From Centroscyllium fabricii (lineage: Eukaryota): a DNA stretch of 64,000 nt. The DNA is taken from NCBI GenBank assembly GCA_051313645.2, contig JBNRSN020000075.1, positions 744,001-808,000 on the forward strand, written 5' to 3'. The notes beneath the pieces were generated by a model that made no database searches, had not been told where the DNA came from, and saw only the letters and a list, made by a program, of their open reading frames with translations. Below, piece by piece: positions 20,843 through 33,529 of the stretch. Numbering within the stretch: position 1 is the first letter of the stretch; each line of letters starts with the position of its first letter. The translations under genes and the position numbers were made by a program.

Positions 20843-22509
20843 GGCTGTGCTGGCAGCCTCGGCTGAGGAAGCACTGACTGAGGGGGGTCGGGGGGGGCTT
20901 TCCCAGGTCACACTGCTAAAGTGTTTGAGGATTCAACCTTCCACAGGTGTGCTGAAGGCTCTTGCTAATATCCCCTGGACTGAGACAACAATGTGTTTGG
21001 GCAAGCGAATGATGGCTGATTAAATGTCAGCCCTCATTAAGTGACCAGACACAGATACTCATCAGTCCCACGCAGTTCACACAAGTGTTTCACCTGGTGA
21101 GGTTTATCTTTGCGGGTTTTGTGCGTGAAATGCACGAAAATGGCGATGGGCCACCAAAATGGCATTACTGATGCCAATTAGGGGCCCTTAATGAGCAAAA
21201 CAAGCATCCCCGCCGGGCGCCAGCGGCACGGATTCGGGGCGGCAAAAAAATCGGGACGAAAATTCGAAACTGGCGGGAAATGGGTGGGCTTGGGCAGGAA
21301 CCAAAAATGTCGAATTTTCATCTCCCGCCCACCCAAAACCCCGCCCGCCCGGCCCACAAAAATTCCCCCAGTGTCTCTGAAGGCACACAACGGCCAAAGT
21401 ATTGAGACAAAAGGAACGTGCAGGTTGATGGTTAAGGTTAAAAATTGTAGGTACTTCTTGACCTTTGTCATAGTGCCTGATGGACATGAGTCACTGTTGG
21501 GAGATAAGGCATGTGTGGACTTCGGCTAAGTAAAAAGAGTCTACACAGTCAATGAACTGAACCACATGCAAAATGACCCTATAGAGAATACCAATTTAAA
21601 CCCTGAGGCTATAGTACACAAATATGCAGAGGTATTTCAGGGTTTTGGAGCGCTACCCTTCACATACTCCATTAAACTGAGGGAGGATGCACAACCTGTG
21701 ATTCATGCACCCAGGAGAGTTCCAGTGGCTCTCTGTGAAAAACTGAGGAAAGAACTAGACCGCATGGAGGGACTAGCTGTTATAAAAAAGATTGAGCAAC
21801 CAACAGATTGGGTAAATTCGATGGTCTGTGTCAACTCAAGGAATACTGAAAAATTGCGGGTCTGCATAGATTCCAAGGACCTTAATGCCAACATCAAAAG
21901 AGAGCACTACCAAATTACAAAAAGAGAGGAAATAGTCAGCGAAATGACAGAAGCAAAAGTCTTCTCCAAGATGGGTGCCTCGCATGGCTTCTGGCAGTTG
22001 AAACTAGATGAAGAAAGTGTCAAGCTGTGCACATTTAACACTCAGTTTGGCCAACACTCATACCAGCGTCTGCCCTTTGGCATTAGCTCTGCCCCAGAAA
22101 TCTTCCATAGAGCAATGGAGTGAATCATTGAGGGCCTGGAGGGAGTGCGGGTGTACGTGGATGATCTGGTGGTATGGGGCTCCACTCAAGGGGAGTACGA
22201 CACCAGATTGGAGAAAACACTACAGAGAATACAACAGTATGGACTCAAGCTAAATAAAGATAAATGCTAGTTCAGTGTAATGGAAATAACATTCCAAGGA
22301 GACAAGATCTCCACAGAGGGGATTCAACCAGTCAAGTCAAAGATAAAGGCAATACATGACATGGAGAAACCAAAGGACAAGAAAGGGGTTCAGCGGGCCC
22401 TTGCCATGGTTAACTACCTAGGAAAATTCATTCCAAATCTAGCAGCGAAAACCAGTCATCTGCAAAAACTGCTGCACCAAGAGACAGAGTTCCAATGGGG
22501 ACATCAACA

Positions 22510-23016
22510 TTCAATTCAATTCAATTCAATTCAAGTTTTATTGTCATTGCAGAGTACTAGTACAATACAACGAGATGAAGACTCGCCGCTCCCGAGAGTA
22601 GTGCAAATAAATTACATGCAAATTGCATACAGTAAAGTACATGAGAAAGAATACAGAAACACAGAAGATAGGAGCACGAGTAGGCCATTCGGCCCTTCGA
22701 GCCTGCTCCGCCATTTTGATGAGATCATGGCTGATCATCCAAACCCAGCACCCCCCCTCCTACCCATATCCCCCAACACCCCCAACTCTAAGAACTATAT
22801 CTCACACACATACTCATGGGCAATTTTTAGTATCTCCAATTCACCTAACCTGCATGTCTTTGGGTGGTGGGAGGAAACTGGAGTACCCGGAGGAAACCCA
22901 CACGAACACGGGGAGAACATGCAAACTCCACGCAGAGAGGTCCCGGGCCAAGCAAGATTCGAACCCAGGAGCTCCTTATTGCGAGGCAGCAGTGCTAACC
23001 ACTGCGCCACCGTGTC
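22510..23016 (-). mobile_element. tRNA-derived V-SINE/HE1-like SINE with a CR1 tail plus a second (TTGAA)n tail
   Basis: Minus strand shows the A-box GGTGGCGCAGTGGTTAGC, B-box GGTTCGAATC, V-domain GTGGAGTTTGCATGTTCTCCCCGTG..GGTTTCCTCCGGGT, a CR1-type tail and then ..CAATAAAAC(TTGAA)n. Confidence 0.9.
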
Positions 23017-23597
23017 ATCCAGAATGGAAGGGGCTGCTACACATTCTAGCAAGCGAACCCCTACTGAAGTTCTTTTGCCCTAAAAGGAGGACTAAAGTGT
23101 CCACAGATGCCTCTAAGAATGGACTAGCGGCTCTCCTTCTACAGGAAGATGAAGGGGAATGCCGATCGGGGGCATATGCGTCATGTTCTAAGATGGCTAC
23201 AGAGTGCCGGTACGCCCAAATCGAGAAGGAATGCCTGGGCTTAGCATTTGGGTGCAAAAATTTCATACCTACATTTATGGTCTTCCCAGGTTTATCCTAG
23301 AAACAGACCATAAGTCACTGCTAGGGATTGTGAAGAAGAATCTGTGTGACATGTCACCTAGGATACAACGCCTGATGATGAGACTTCAGTGTTACGATTT
23401 TGAATTAACATATGTGCCAGGGACACAAATGTACATTGCAGATGCACTATCCAAGACTGTGCCTTATGCCACACAAAACAGTGAATCAGAAGAGGATGTG
23501 GCTCTCCACATGGACATGGTCCATGCAGCATTGCCCACCTCACAAGAACAACTATCAGTGATAGTCACAGAGACGGCAAAGGACCCGGTCCTAAGTA

Positions 23598-23689
23598 AAC
23601 ATAGAAACATAGAAACATAGAAACATAGAAGATAGGAGCAGGAGTAGGCCATTCGGCCCTTCGAGCCTGCTCCGCCATTCAATGAGATT
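23598..23689 (-). mobile_element. About 90-bp CR1-type 3' tail insertion in Gypsy B pol
   Basis: (AAACATAG)4 followed by AAGATAGGAGCAGGAGTAGGCCATTCGGCCCTTCGAGCC, matching 25001-25060. Removal restores VLSKVMSNL. Confidence 0.85.
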
Positions 23690-25000
23690 AAAGTAATGAG
23701 CAACCTTCAAGATGGTTGGAGAAAAGGGTCATGCAAACAATATTATCAGATTCAGGGGCAGTTCTCCTTGGTCAATGGACTACTGCTTAAGTGTGACAGG
23801 ATAGTGGTGCCCACCACAACGCAACAAGAAATGCTTCACCGGATACATGAAGGACATCTGGGTGCAGAAAAGTCAAAAAGGAGAGCACGAGAGGCACTCT
23901 ACTGGCCAAACATGAATTCTGATATTGACCAGTTGATCAGCGAGTGTGCTACATGCCAGGAGTACCACTACAAACAAATAAAAGAGCCCCTCATTGCAAC
24001 TGAACTCCCATCACAACCTTGGGAAAAGGTCAGAACTGATATATTTCATTATGAGGGGAAAGACTATTTGTTAGTCATTGATTATTACTCCAGCTATCCG
24101 GAGATGGCTCTGTTGTCCAGCACCACATTAAGAGGTGTGATAACACACTTGAAGTCAATTTTTGCCAGACAGGGCATCCCTCTAACTCTGGTATCTGACA
24201 AAATGGCCCTCCCTACACCAGCGAGGAGTTTTGGACATTTGCCTCAGAGTACGAATTCAACCATATAACCTCCAGCCCGCACTATCCTCAGGCTAATGGG
24301 AATGCGGAGAAGGGGGTACAGATTGTGAAAAGACTGTTAACGAAAGCCGCACACAGCAACGCTGATCCATATCTGGCCCTGATGTCGTACAGGGCGGCCC
24401 CGTTAGCAAGTGGCAAGTCTTCAGCTGAGCTCCTAATGGGCAAAGAAATCTGTACACGACTTCCCAGTTATGTCACACCCGACCATGGAGATGAGGTGTG
24501 GGTAGACAAGGCGAGGAAACTACAATGGAAACAAACAGCACTTCATGACCACACAGCCACAATGCTAGCACCTCTACAGGAGAAGGATATGGTTCGCATT
24601 GAAGGGCCGGAGTCATGGTCTAAAAGAGCTACCGTTTTACAACAGGTTGCTCTCAGGTCATACAGTGTACTGACAGAGAACGGCGACGTGTTTCGCAGAA
24701 ACAGGAGGCACCTACTGAAAACCACAGAGACATTTCACCCTCAAGAGGATAGAGAGGAAGAGGAGATGAGGGAAACGTCACAGAGTGACGAAGAAAACAG
24801 TGGGGACAATGAGACAAGGGACCTGTGTGGTACAGACATGAACTTAAGGGATACGACTGGGGAGGTTCAGCAAACACCTGTTCAGCCACGCAGATCACAG
24901 CGAACTAGGAAACCTGTAATCAAAATGGACCTACAGAAAGGGAGTGAAAGACTGTAAATAGTTAAAGACTCCTGGGGGAGGAGTACCTGGAAAGGGTTAG

Positions 25001-26675
25001 AAACATAGAAGATAGGAGCAGGAGTAGGCCATTCGGCCCTTCGAGCCTGCTCCGCCATTCAATTAGATCATGACTGATCTTTCAGATTCAGTACCCTGTC
25101 CCTGCCTTCTCCCCATATCCCTTGATCCCTTCAGCCTGAAGAAATATATCCAACTCCTTCTTGAATATATTTAATGAACCGACCTCCACCGCCCTGTGTG
25201 GCAGAGAATTCCACAGGTTCACCACTCTCTGGGTGAAGAAATTCCCCCTCATCTCAGTCCTAAATGGCTTTCCTCTTATCCTTAGACTATGTCCCCTGGT
25301 TCTGGACTCCACTTTCATCGGAAACATCCTTCCTGCATCCAGTCTGTCCAGGCCTGACAGAATTTTATAGGTTTTGATGAGATCCCCTCTCAATTGTCTG
25401 AACTCCAGTGAGTATAAGCCCAATCGACTCAATCTCTCCCCATACGTCATTCCTGCCATCCCAGGTATCAGCTTGGTGAATCTTCGCTGCACTCCTTCAA
25501 TGGGAAGAACGTCCTTCCTCAGATGAGGCAACCAAAGCTGCACACAATACTCGAGGTGTGGTCTCACCAAGGTCCTGTAGAGCTGCAGCAAGACATCCTT
25601 GTTCTTATATTCGAACCCTCTTGCTACGAAGGCCAACACACCATTTGCCTTCTTAACCGCCTGTTGCACCTGCATGCTTACCTTCAGTGACTGGTGCACA
25701 AGAACACCCAGGTCTCTTTGCACTTCCCCATCTCCCAATCCATTGCCATTCAAATAATAAGCATCCCTCCTGTTTTTGCTACCAAAGTGGATAACCTCAC
25801 ATTTATCCACATTATAGTGCATTTGCCATGTATCTGCCCAATCCACCAACCTGTCCAAATCGCATTGGAGTTTCTCGACATCCTCCTCACAGCATACCCT
25901 CCCACCCAGCTTTGTGTCATCTGCAAATTTGGAGATATTATATCCAATTCCCTCATCCAGATCATTAATATATATTGTGAACAGCTGGGGTCCTAGGACC
26001 GATCCTTGCGGTACCCCACTAGTCACTGCCTTGGAAAATGACACATTTATTCCAACTCTCTGTTTTCTATCTGCCAACCAGTTCTCTATCCAAGTCAATA
26101 CCTTGCCCCCAATCCCATGAGCCTTAATTTTGCACGCTAATCTTTTATGAGGGACCTTATCGAAAGCTTTCTGAAAGTTCAAATACACCACGTCCATTGG
26201 TTCTCCCCTATCTATTTTACCAGTTACATCCTCAAAAAATTCCAGTAGATTAGTCAAGCACGATTTACCTTTTGTAAATCCATATTGACTCTGTCCGATC
26301 CCGTCAATGTTTTTCTAGTGTACTGCTATTACATCTTTAATAATGGACTCTAGGATTTTCCTCACTACCAATGTCAGGCTTACTGGTCTATAATTCCCCA
26401 CTTTTTCTCTACCCCCTTTTTTGAATAGTTGGGTAACATTAGCTACCCTCCAATCCATGGGTACTGTTCCAGAGTGTATCGAGTTCTGGAAGATGATCAG
26501 CAATGCATCTGCTATCTCCAGGGCCACTTCCATAAGTACCCTAGGATGTAGATTATCAGGCCCTGGGGATTTGTCGGCCTTCAATCCCTTCAGCTTCCCC
26601 AACACCATATCCTTACAAATACTGATTTCTATCAGTTCCTCTCTCTCAATAGTCCCCATGTTTCCCGACATCTCT
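25001..26675 (-). mobile_element. 5'-truncated CR1 LINE with a largely open RT domain
   Basis: ORFs 26315-26671 and 25088-26257 (KSPGPD, NYRPVSLT, GVPQGSVLGP, KFADDTK, RTRGH). The 3' UTR ends at about 25001. Confidence 0.95.
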
Positions 26676-27644
26676 GTCCATGGGGATGTTACATGGACTG
26701 TTTGTATATAATGTACATATGGTACGTTAAGTTAAATTATTACTGTTATGCCTATTAATTTATGATGTACACATTGAAGGGGGAAGATGTAAGAATAACT
26801 GCGGCTGACGTCAGATCCTGGCAGGAGCCGACGCCATATTGACCACGCTTCAGAGTAGGCTTGGAGCCAATGAGTAAAGGCCTAATAAAAGGAACTCCAA
26901 TATAACTTGGTGTTGGAATACTAATTCGAGCATTCAACTAACATTACACCCCCATCCCTCCATCCTGATCTGTAGCTTGCTCCCCTCCCGTGATGATGGT
27001 CAACCACCAAAGACCTGATCTGCACCCTGTCCACTTCCTGATTGCTGGGGACAACCCCAAGAGTCCCCGGCTGCGGCCTCCTGCCGCTGGTTTACCGCCA
27101 CTAAATTTGGCTGGCTGCCAGGTGGGAAAAAATAAAATAATTATAATGAGGTCCTGCCATCAAATTCAGCAGGACTGCCGCATCCTCGGCCTTGCAAAGT
27201 TATTTGGTTGCTTTCGGCCTCCCCCCGTTCCCTCCCCACCTCCCTGTAAATATTGGGCCCAGGATCTTTAAACTGGCAATAAAGACTGATTTTTATAATT
27301 CTTAAACATACTGTAGAAAATATCCTGTGCGTAGTGTAGTGATAGTTACCCTCTGCCCAGTAGGGGGCAACAGAGGGTTAACAGGAAGTGAGAGAGATTA
27401 AGCAAGGCCTCGAGCAACGGCTGAACACACACAATCTTGAGTCTGTCTCAATGTGTTGAACACTCTACATGGTGTCAGAATTGCGATCTGAACCCACAAT
27501 AGAACTGAATTCCGCAGTGAAACCAGTCAGCTCCCAGTGAGTGAAAGTTTACGATAGCTGTTTAAGCCACAACTGAGAAAACCAGAAGAGACTCAGAGAG
27601 AGAAAGAAAACGTGCATTTACCCCATGGTGCTTAACTTACGATC

Positions 27645-30600
27645 ATGGCCACTCAAAGTCCTGCATTCTTTCAGATTTCTCCCCCTCCGAGTTTGATTTT
27701 ACGCGGCAGGAAGAGTGGCCATTGTGGATCAGCAGATTTGAACATTTCAGACAGGCTTCGGGCCTCGATAAACAGGCACAGGAAAAACAGGTTAATACCC
27801 TATTATATTCCATCGGAGCAGAGGCTGAAGCGATCGTCCAGTGCAGGAATATTACGGCTGATCAAATGAAAGTCTTCATCTCGTTGTATTGTACTAGTAC
27901 TCTGCAATGACAATAAAACTTGAATTGAATTAAATTGAATTGAAAAGCTATGACACAGTCAAAACGGAGTTGTCTCATCATTTTATCCCACGGAGGAATT
28001 TGATATTCGAACGCGCAAGATTCCATAGGCGCATGCAGGAGAGAGGGGAATCATGTGATAGCTTCATCAAAGCGCTACATGAGCTCATCGAACACTGTGA
28101 ATATGGAGATATGCGGGATGAACTAATTCGTGACAGATTGGTTGTTGGACTAAGGGATCTTAAACTCTGGAGAATTACAGATGGATCCAGACCTCACAGT
28201 TGACAAAGCAAAAACACAGGTTTTCCAAAGAGTAACAACAAAGAAACAGCAATCAATGCTTCAGAAAGGTAGTAATGAGGAGGAGGAGTCCATTGAAACC
28301 ATAAGTGCCACCCGACAAGCAGGTCCCCAAAAACATTTTTCAACCAAGTCAAGACAGACTGACTCACGTGAATATGTACACAGGCCTCGCACTGGAACTC
28401 AAACTGGAACACATTGCCAAACACAAAAGTGGAGTTGCAGATGGTGTGGCCGGAGTACACACAATAGACAAATCTGTCCAGCCAAAGATCTAAGCTGCAG
28501 GAATTGTCAGAAAAAGGGGCACTTTGCTGCAGTTTGCCGATCCACACCTGCGGTTGCTGAAATATCAGAGGACGACAACAATGAGATAGCGTTCCTGGGG
28601 TCAATTGGAAATGGGCAGGACCAGCCGTGGACCATCACCCTAAGCCTGTGTTGCCACATGACTGAATTCAAAATTGATACAGGGGCTGATGTCACTGTTA
28701 TCCCGGAGTGTCTCTACAACAACTTAGGTCTAGAGGCTCTTCAGAGCACCTCTAAAGTTCTTCAGGGGCCTGGTCAAGGCCCGTTGAATGTCAGAGGAAA
28801 ATTTTCAGCTACCCTGACCCGTGTTCCACAGTTTATAAAACAGGTTGTGTATGTGGTACGCGGTCTACGGACAGCACTCCTCGGTCACCCCGCCATCATT
28901 TCCCTGCGTCTGGTGTCCAGGTCGGACCCACAAGTAGCAGAGACAGTATCTACGGATCTCGAACGGGAGGTCAGACAGTGGGTCCCCAGACTGTTTCAAG
29001 GCATTGGGCGACTGCAAGAGGAGTATCACATTCGCCTCAAGCCGGAGGCCAAACCTTTTGCTCTCTTTACACCGCGACGTGTCTCGCTCCCTCTTATGAC
29101 CAAAGTTAAGGAGGAACTAACCCACATGGAGCAACTGGGGATAATTGCAAGAGTTGAGGAACCCACAGCCTGGTGCTCCGGAATGGTCGTAGTCCCAAAA
29201 TCCAACGGAAAAATCAGAATCTGTGTAGACCTAACAAAACTCAATGAATGTGTCTGTAGAGCGCTGCATCTCTTACCCTGTATAGAGCACACTCTGAGAC
29301 AGCTGAAAGATGCAAAGGTTTTTACAAAGCTTGACGCTCAATCTGGTTTCTGGCAAATACCCTTGACAGAGGAGTCAAAACGTCTTACCACGTTCATCAC
29401 GCCATTTGAACGTTACTGTTTCCACAGACTGCCCTTTGGAATATCCTCCGCCCCTGAGCATTTCCAGCGCCACATGTCCCGCCTCCTTGAGGGACTTTAT
29501 GGTGTCTTATGCCAAATAGATGATGTGTTGGTGTTTGGCGCAACCCAAGATCATCGACTGTTTGCAATTCTCGGTAGACTACAGCAAGCTGGACTTACTC
29601 TCAACTGCAGATGTGAATTTTGCCAAAACTCAGGTGAAATTTCTCGGCTAGGTCATCGATGGGACTGGTGTCAGAGCAGATCCTGACAAAGTCAAGGCCT
29701 TCACACACATGGCCGCGCCAAGGAATGTATCTGAAATATGCCGCTTCATGGACCTGGTCAATCACTTGGGCAAATACATACCCCATCTAGCCGATAAAAC
29801 CAAGCCACTCCGGGATCTCCTCAACAGGCAGACCTCATGGTATTGGGGACCCCAACAGTCCCAAGCTTTCACTGAGATAAAGACAGAGCTAACCACACCG
29901 CCAGGCCTTGCACTGTATGACCCCAATACACTCAGTAAAGTGTCAGCTGATGCCTCATCGTTTGGCTTGAGTGCAGTCCTTTTACAAAAGAGACCTGACA
30001 CTGACTGCTGCCATATAGCCTATGCTTCACGAGCCCTTTCAAAAACAGAGCAGCGCTATGCGCAGATTGAGAAAGAGACCTTGGCCATTACTTGGGCGTG
30101 TGGGCGCTATAGAGACTTCCTAATAGGCATGACATTCCAGGTCGAAACAGATCACAAGCCCCTCCATACACTATTGGGATCTAAAAACCTGGACGAGTTG
30201 TCCCCCCGCATTCAGCGCTTTCGGATGCGACTCATGCACTTTCACTTCACTATATCATGTGCCAGGGAAGAGCCTAGCAACTGCTGGCGTCCTCTCCAGA
30301 GCTCCCTACCAGCCGCGGCTGGATGATTCCTCTGAGTTGCAGTGCATAGAGAATTATGTACACTCAATACTCACTGCACTGCCCATTACCGAGAAACGCC
30401 TGGCTGCACTTCATCACGAACAGGAAACGGATGAACTACTTCGTCAGGTCTTCACATACTGCCGTGAGGGCTGGCCAAGTGATGAAAAACTTGACAACCC
30501 TCTTAGACCTTAGGCGGCTGTTTCAGGTGACCTCACTATTGCACAAGGATTGCTACTACAAGGGTGCCAGTTGGTCATTCCAGCATCAATGCAGAAAAAC

Positions 30601-31653
30601 ATTCTGGACAAACTGCATGATGGCCATCAAGGGATCACAAAATGCAGATCACGAGCCAGGTGTTCTGTCTGGTGGCCTGGATTAAGCGGTCAACTACAAC
30701 ATAAAGTACAACAGTGACCAAGCTGTGCCCAAATGAGACAACAACCACCAGAGCCATTGATTCCAGAGGATACCCCTGAGGGCCCATGGCAGAAGGTTGG
30801 GGCTGATCTATTTCATTTGGATAATTCAACTTACCTGGTAATGTTTGACTACTTCTCTAAGTTCATTGAAGTTATCAAACTTTCCTCCACCACCTCACAT
30901 GCAGTCATTGAGTGTATGAAATCCTGCTTTGCCCTCCTAGGGGTCCCACTGATGGTCCGAACAGATAACGGCACCCAATTTTCCTCGGTCACCTTTCACT
31001 CATTTGCCGACAGCTGGGACTTCACCCATGTCACATCCAGCCCTCTGTATCCTCAAAGCAATGGGGCTGCTGAGCGCACTGTCCAGACAGCCAAACATCT
31101 TTTTAAAAAGTCACCTGTCCCATACCGGGCACTCCTTGCATACCGCTCCAGACCTCTTTCTAGCGGATTCAGCCCTGCTGAGATGCTACAAGGCAGGAAA
31201 CTTCGTACAACCGTGCCAACTATGCCATCACTCCTGACCCCAGGCTGGCCCGACCTCCAGAATTTTACAGACAAGGATAAACAATCTAAACTAAGACAAA
31301 TGGCCAACTTTAACAGGCACCACAGAACTAAGCCCTTGTGTCCACTCCTTCCAGGTGACTATGTGTGGATACAGGACTCCCGCAAAAGAGGCATTGTGCA
31401 AGGACAGGCCATCACCCCAAGATCATATCTGGTTGATATCCAGGGCCAGATTGTTCGTAAGAACCGCAGGCACCTCACACTTGCACAGCAGCCCCCAGAC
31501 GCTGATGAGCCTTCCATTCCCGATGATGACAATGGGGATGTGGGTCCTGGAACTCCCCCACCCACAGGGGATACCCCACCTCCATCGGCTTCCAGACGAT
31601 ACCCTGAAAGGGTCCGCAAGCCTCCTTCATACCTCCAGGACTTTGAAACATGA
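27645..31653 (+). pseudogene. gag-pol: Gypsy C gag-pol, fragmented
   Basis: CRNCQKKGHFAAVC, IDTGAD, QIDD, ADAS, YAQIEKE, TDNGTQF and SNGAAER. Several frameshifts and stops. Confidence 0.92.
27871..27942 (+). mobile_element. About 70-bp retroposed 3' tail ending in (TTGAA)n, inside Gypsy C gag
   Basis: Matches the reverse complement of 22511-22583. Flanked by TGAAA, and removal restores DQMKSYD. Confidence 0.8.
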
Positions 31654-32759
31654 ATATTTTAAGAACCAAGACACCTCATTGGGTCAGAGTAATACCCGAG
31701 GTACTTGGTGGAGGGTTCAGGCAGTCGCCTTGTCCCTCCAAGCTTACTCTGCTTGTATTATTCATTTTTTAAACAAAAAAGGGAAGAGAGATGCATTAGA
31801 TATGTTATATTTGTTAGAGTTGTTATGATATTTGTTAGAGTTTGTTATTTCTTAAGCACTGTAAAAAAGTAATGATTTGAAAATGTTAACAGTAAAGGAA
31901 TAGTTTTCAAAGTATGTTTAGAAAAGGAGATGTAGTGATAGTTACCCTCTGCCCAGTAGGGGGCAACAGAGGGTAAACAGGAAGTGAGAGAGATTAAACA
32001 AGGCCTCGAGCAATGGCTGAACACATACAATCCTGAGTCTGTCTCAATGTGTTCAACACTCGACATGTAGGTTGTGCATATCCTGTTGACCCAGTGAGAA
32101 AGGTCAATATAGCAAAATACCTACTTTGAAAGAACTGTCATTGCACGTGGGAATTAATTAAAATGATTGCTGAAATGCTCATCACTCAATGGCATCCAAC
32201 TTATCTGTAGGTTTATGATTTGAACATAATTAGAGCATTGTCAATAATGAATAAGTCCACAGCTAGTTATCAATTAAAAATTCGAAAGCCCTACCCTGGG
32301 ACTTGTGAGCTTGCTTACGACAGTGTTTCAGTTAAATGCATTAATCTGATGGAGTGCATAATATTTAATTTCAGCAAAGCAATTACATTACAGAAAATAT
32401 TGTACACTGAACATTTTTAGTTGAATGGTGGGTTCTGAGCTTTCTCCATACAGTGCTGACAAGAGATTTTTTTGTGGGACAAGAAGGGACTCTATTTGGC
32501 CAATTATACTATACAGTTTGCTTGAATGCCAAACAGTTTTGTCTTTGGATCAGCTCAAGTAGTGGTGTAATTAGGTTGTGAAAGAGAATGGTTAGCCCTC
32601 ATACCTGGATCAGTCAGTGTAAAACAAAGTTGTAAAACAACTTTGGCAAGCGATATCATTGGACAAAACAGTTGACCAATATTAATATTTATCTGGCATT
32701 CTGAGTACCTCACCCTCAACTGGTCATTCTTCATGTGTGAACTTATTTCACCATGGAAG

Positions 32760-32945
32760 GTATTCACAGTTATGTCTCAGGCGACCTCCAATTACTGTCC
32801 AAGACTGAACGCAACACTTCAAATGGGGTCTAACCAAGGCTCTGTACAATTGAAGCATCACTTCCTCACTTTTGAATTCCACTTCCCATGAGATAAAGGC
32901 CAACAATTAATCAGTGATTTTATTACTTTTGGTACCTGTGGCACT
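32760..32945 (-). mobile_element. Old CR1 RT fragment
   Basis: Minus strand reads LYRALVRPHLKCCVQSW, homologous to CR1 LYRTLVRPHLEYCVQ. Confidence 0.7.
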
Positions 32946-32957
32946 CCCCTGTTACAG

Positions 32958-33115
32958 GAGAATAGAGCACAAAACACAAGGGAGAAGGAGAGAGCTGGAG
33001 GTGCTCCTCCACAAATCTCACAATTGACAACTGCCGAGGAGGAAGCACTGGAGATCAATGGCGTCTTGGCGTCCCTGGCCATCGGAGATGGGAAAATGTA
33101 CCTTCCAGCTACCTG
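32958..33115 (+). pseudogene. Isolated exon 2 of a Harbinger Myb/SANT gene (remainder probably near 38190-38400, beyond Gypsy D)
   Basis: TTACAG|ENRAQNTREKERAGGAPPQISQLTTAEEEALEI..|GTAA, homologous to 17948-18107 and 62291-62455. Confidence 0.65.
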
Positions 33116-33529
33116 GTAATAAGATTAAATATAATCCACACACATGTGATAGAACATTCAGTCATGCTTGTTATGTATGATGTGTATGTATGTGTTATCC
33201 TCCCACCTGTGGTGGCGCTGCTACAGCATTGCACAGCCATGAGTTTCTTTTAATTTTTACTTTCTCTTTTAACTGTTGATTAAACTAAACAGCTTTTTAC
33301 AGTTCGGAATTCTCTTTGTGTTTAAGTAGAAAGACTTAGATACAATAAGTGGCGACAAAGTGGGATTATTCTGCATGTGGAACGTACTACCAGAAGACTG
33401 TAAAAAAAAAAGAAAAAGAAAAAGTCAGAACTCTCTTGCTTTCACCTACAACACTCAGAACAGAGATTGCAGCATAAACTAATGTTACAGATACAGTGAG
33501 TAAACAGAAATCGAAAATTGTAACACGAA

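Larger units (their letters stand above)
17086..21369. mobile_element. Harbinger-like transposon (4.3 kb) with convergent Myb/SANT gene and deleted transposase, inserted in the Gypsy B protease
   Basis: TIRs GGGGGGAATTTT and AAAATTCCCCC. 3-bp flanks AGC and AGT. Excision restores the host peptide KILNKTVSLKAHNG. Confidence 0.92.
16106..24957 (+). pseudogene. gag-pol: Gypsy B gag-pol, fragmented
   Basis: Gag NWRVFKQRF, CAKCKGRNHFAKMC, protease LDTGA, RT RLPFGISSAPEIF, RNase H YAQIEKECL, integrase HEGHLG and IFARQGIP. Many stops and frameshifts. Confidence 0.9.
15866..26948 (+). mobile_element. Gypsy (Mag-like) LTR retrotransposon B, degenerate, carrying four nested insertions
   Basis: LTRs 15866-16060 and 26788-26948 (diverged, about 33-bp indel). 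TSD CCCCC. PBS-like TAGTACCAGGA. PPT GAAGGGGGAAGA. Confidence 0.9.
15441..27260. mobile_element. Non-autonomous Harbinger-like element (same family as 7901-8518), split by Gypsy B
   Basis: 15441-15865 and 26954-27260 align collinearly with 7901-8518. Ends are GGGACCTCAATATT and AATATTGGGCCC. Confidence 0.65.
27335..32065 (+). mobile_element. Gypsy (Mag-like) LTR retrotransposon C with 135-bp LTRs
   Basis: LTRs 27335-27469 and 31931-32065. TSD (C/T)GTAG. tRNA-type PBS TGGTGTCAGAA. PPT AGAAAAGGAGA. Confidence 0.95.

Noticed and set aside
22940-23016. tRNA gene
   Set aside because: The A and B boxes belong to a SINE head that continues into a V-domain and LINE-derived tails.
22280-23300. Novel domain within Gypsy B Pol
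   Set aside because: The unusual middle segment is antisense SINE sequence that is open by chance.
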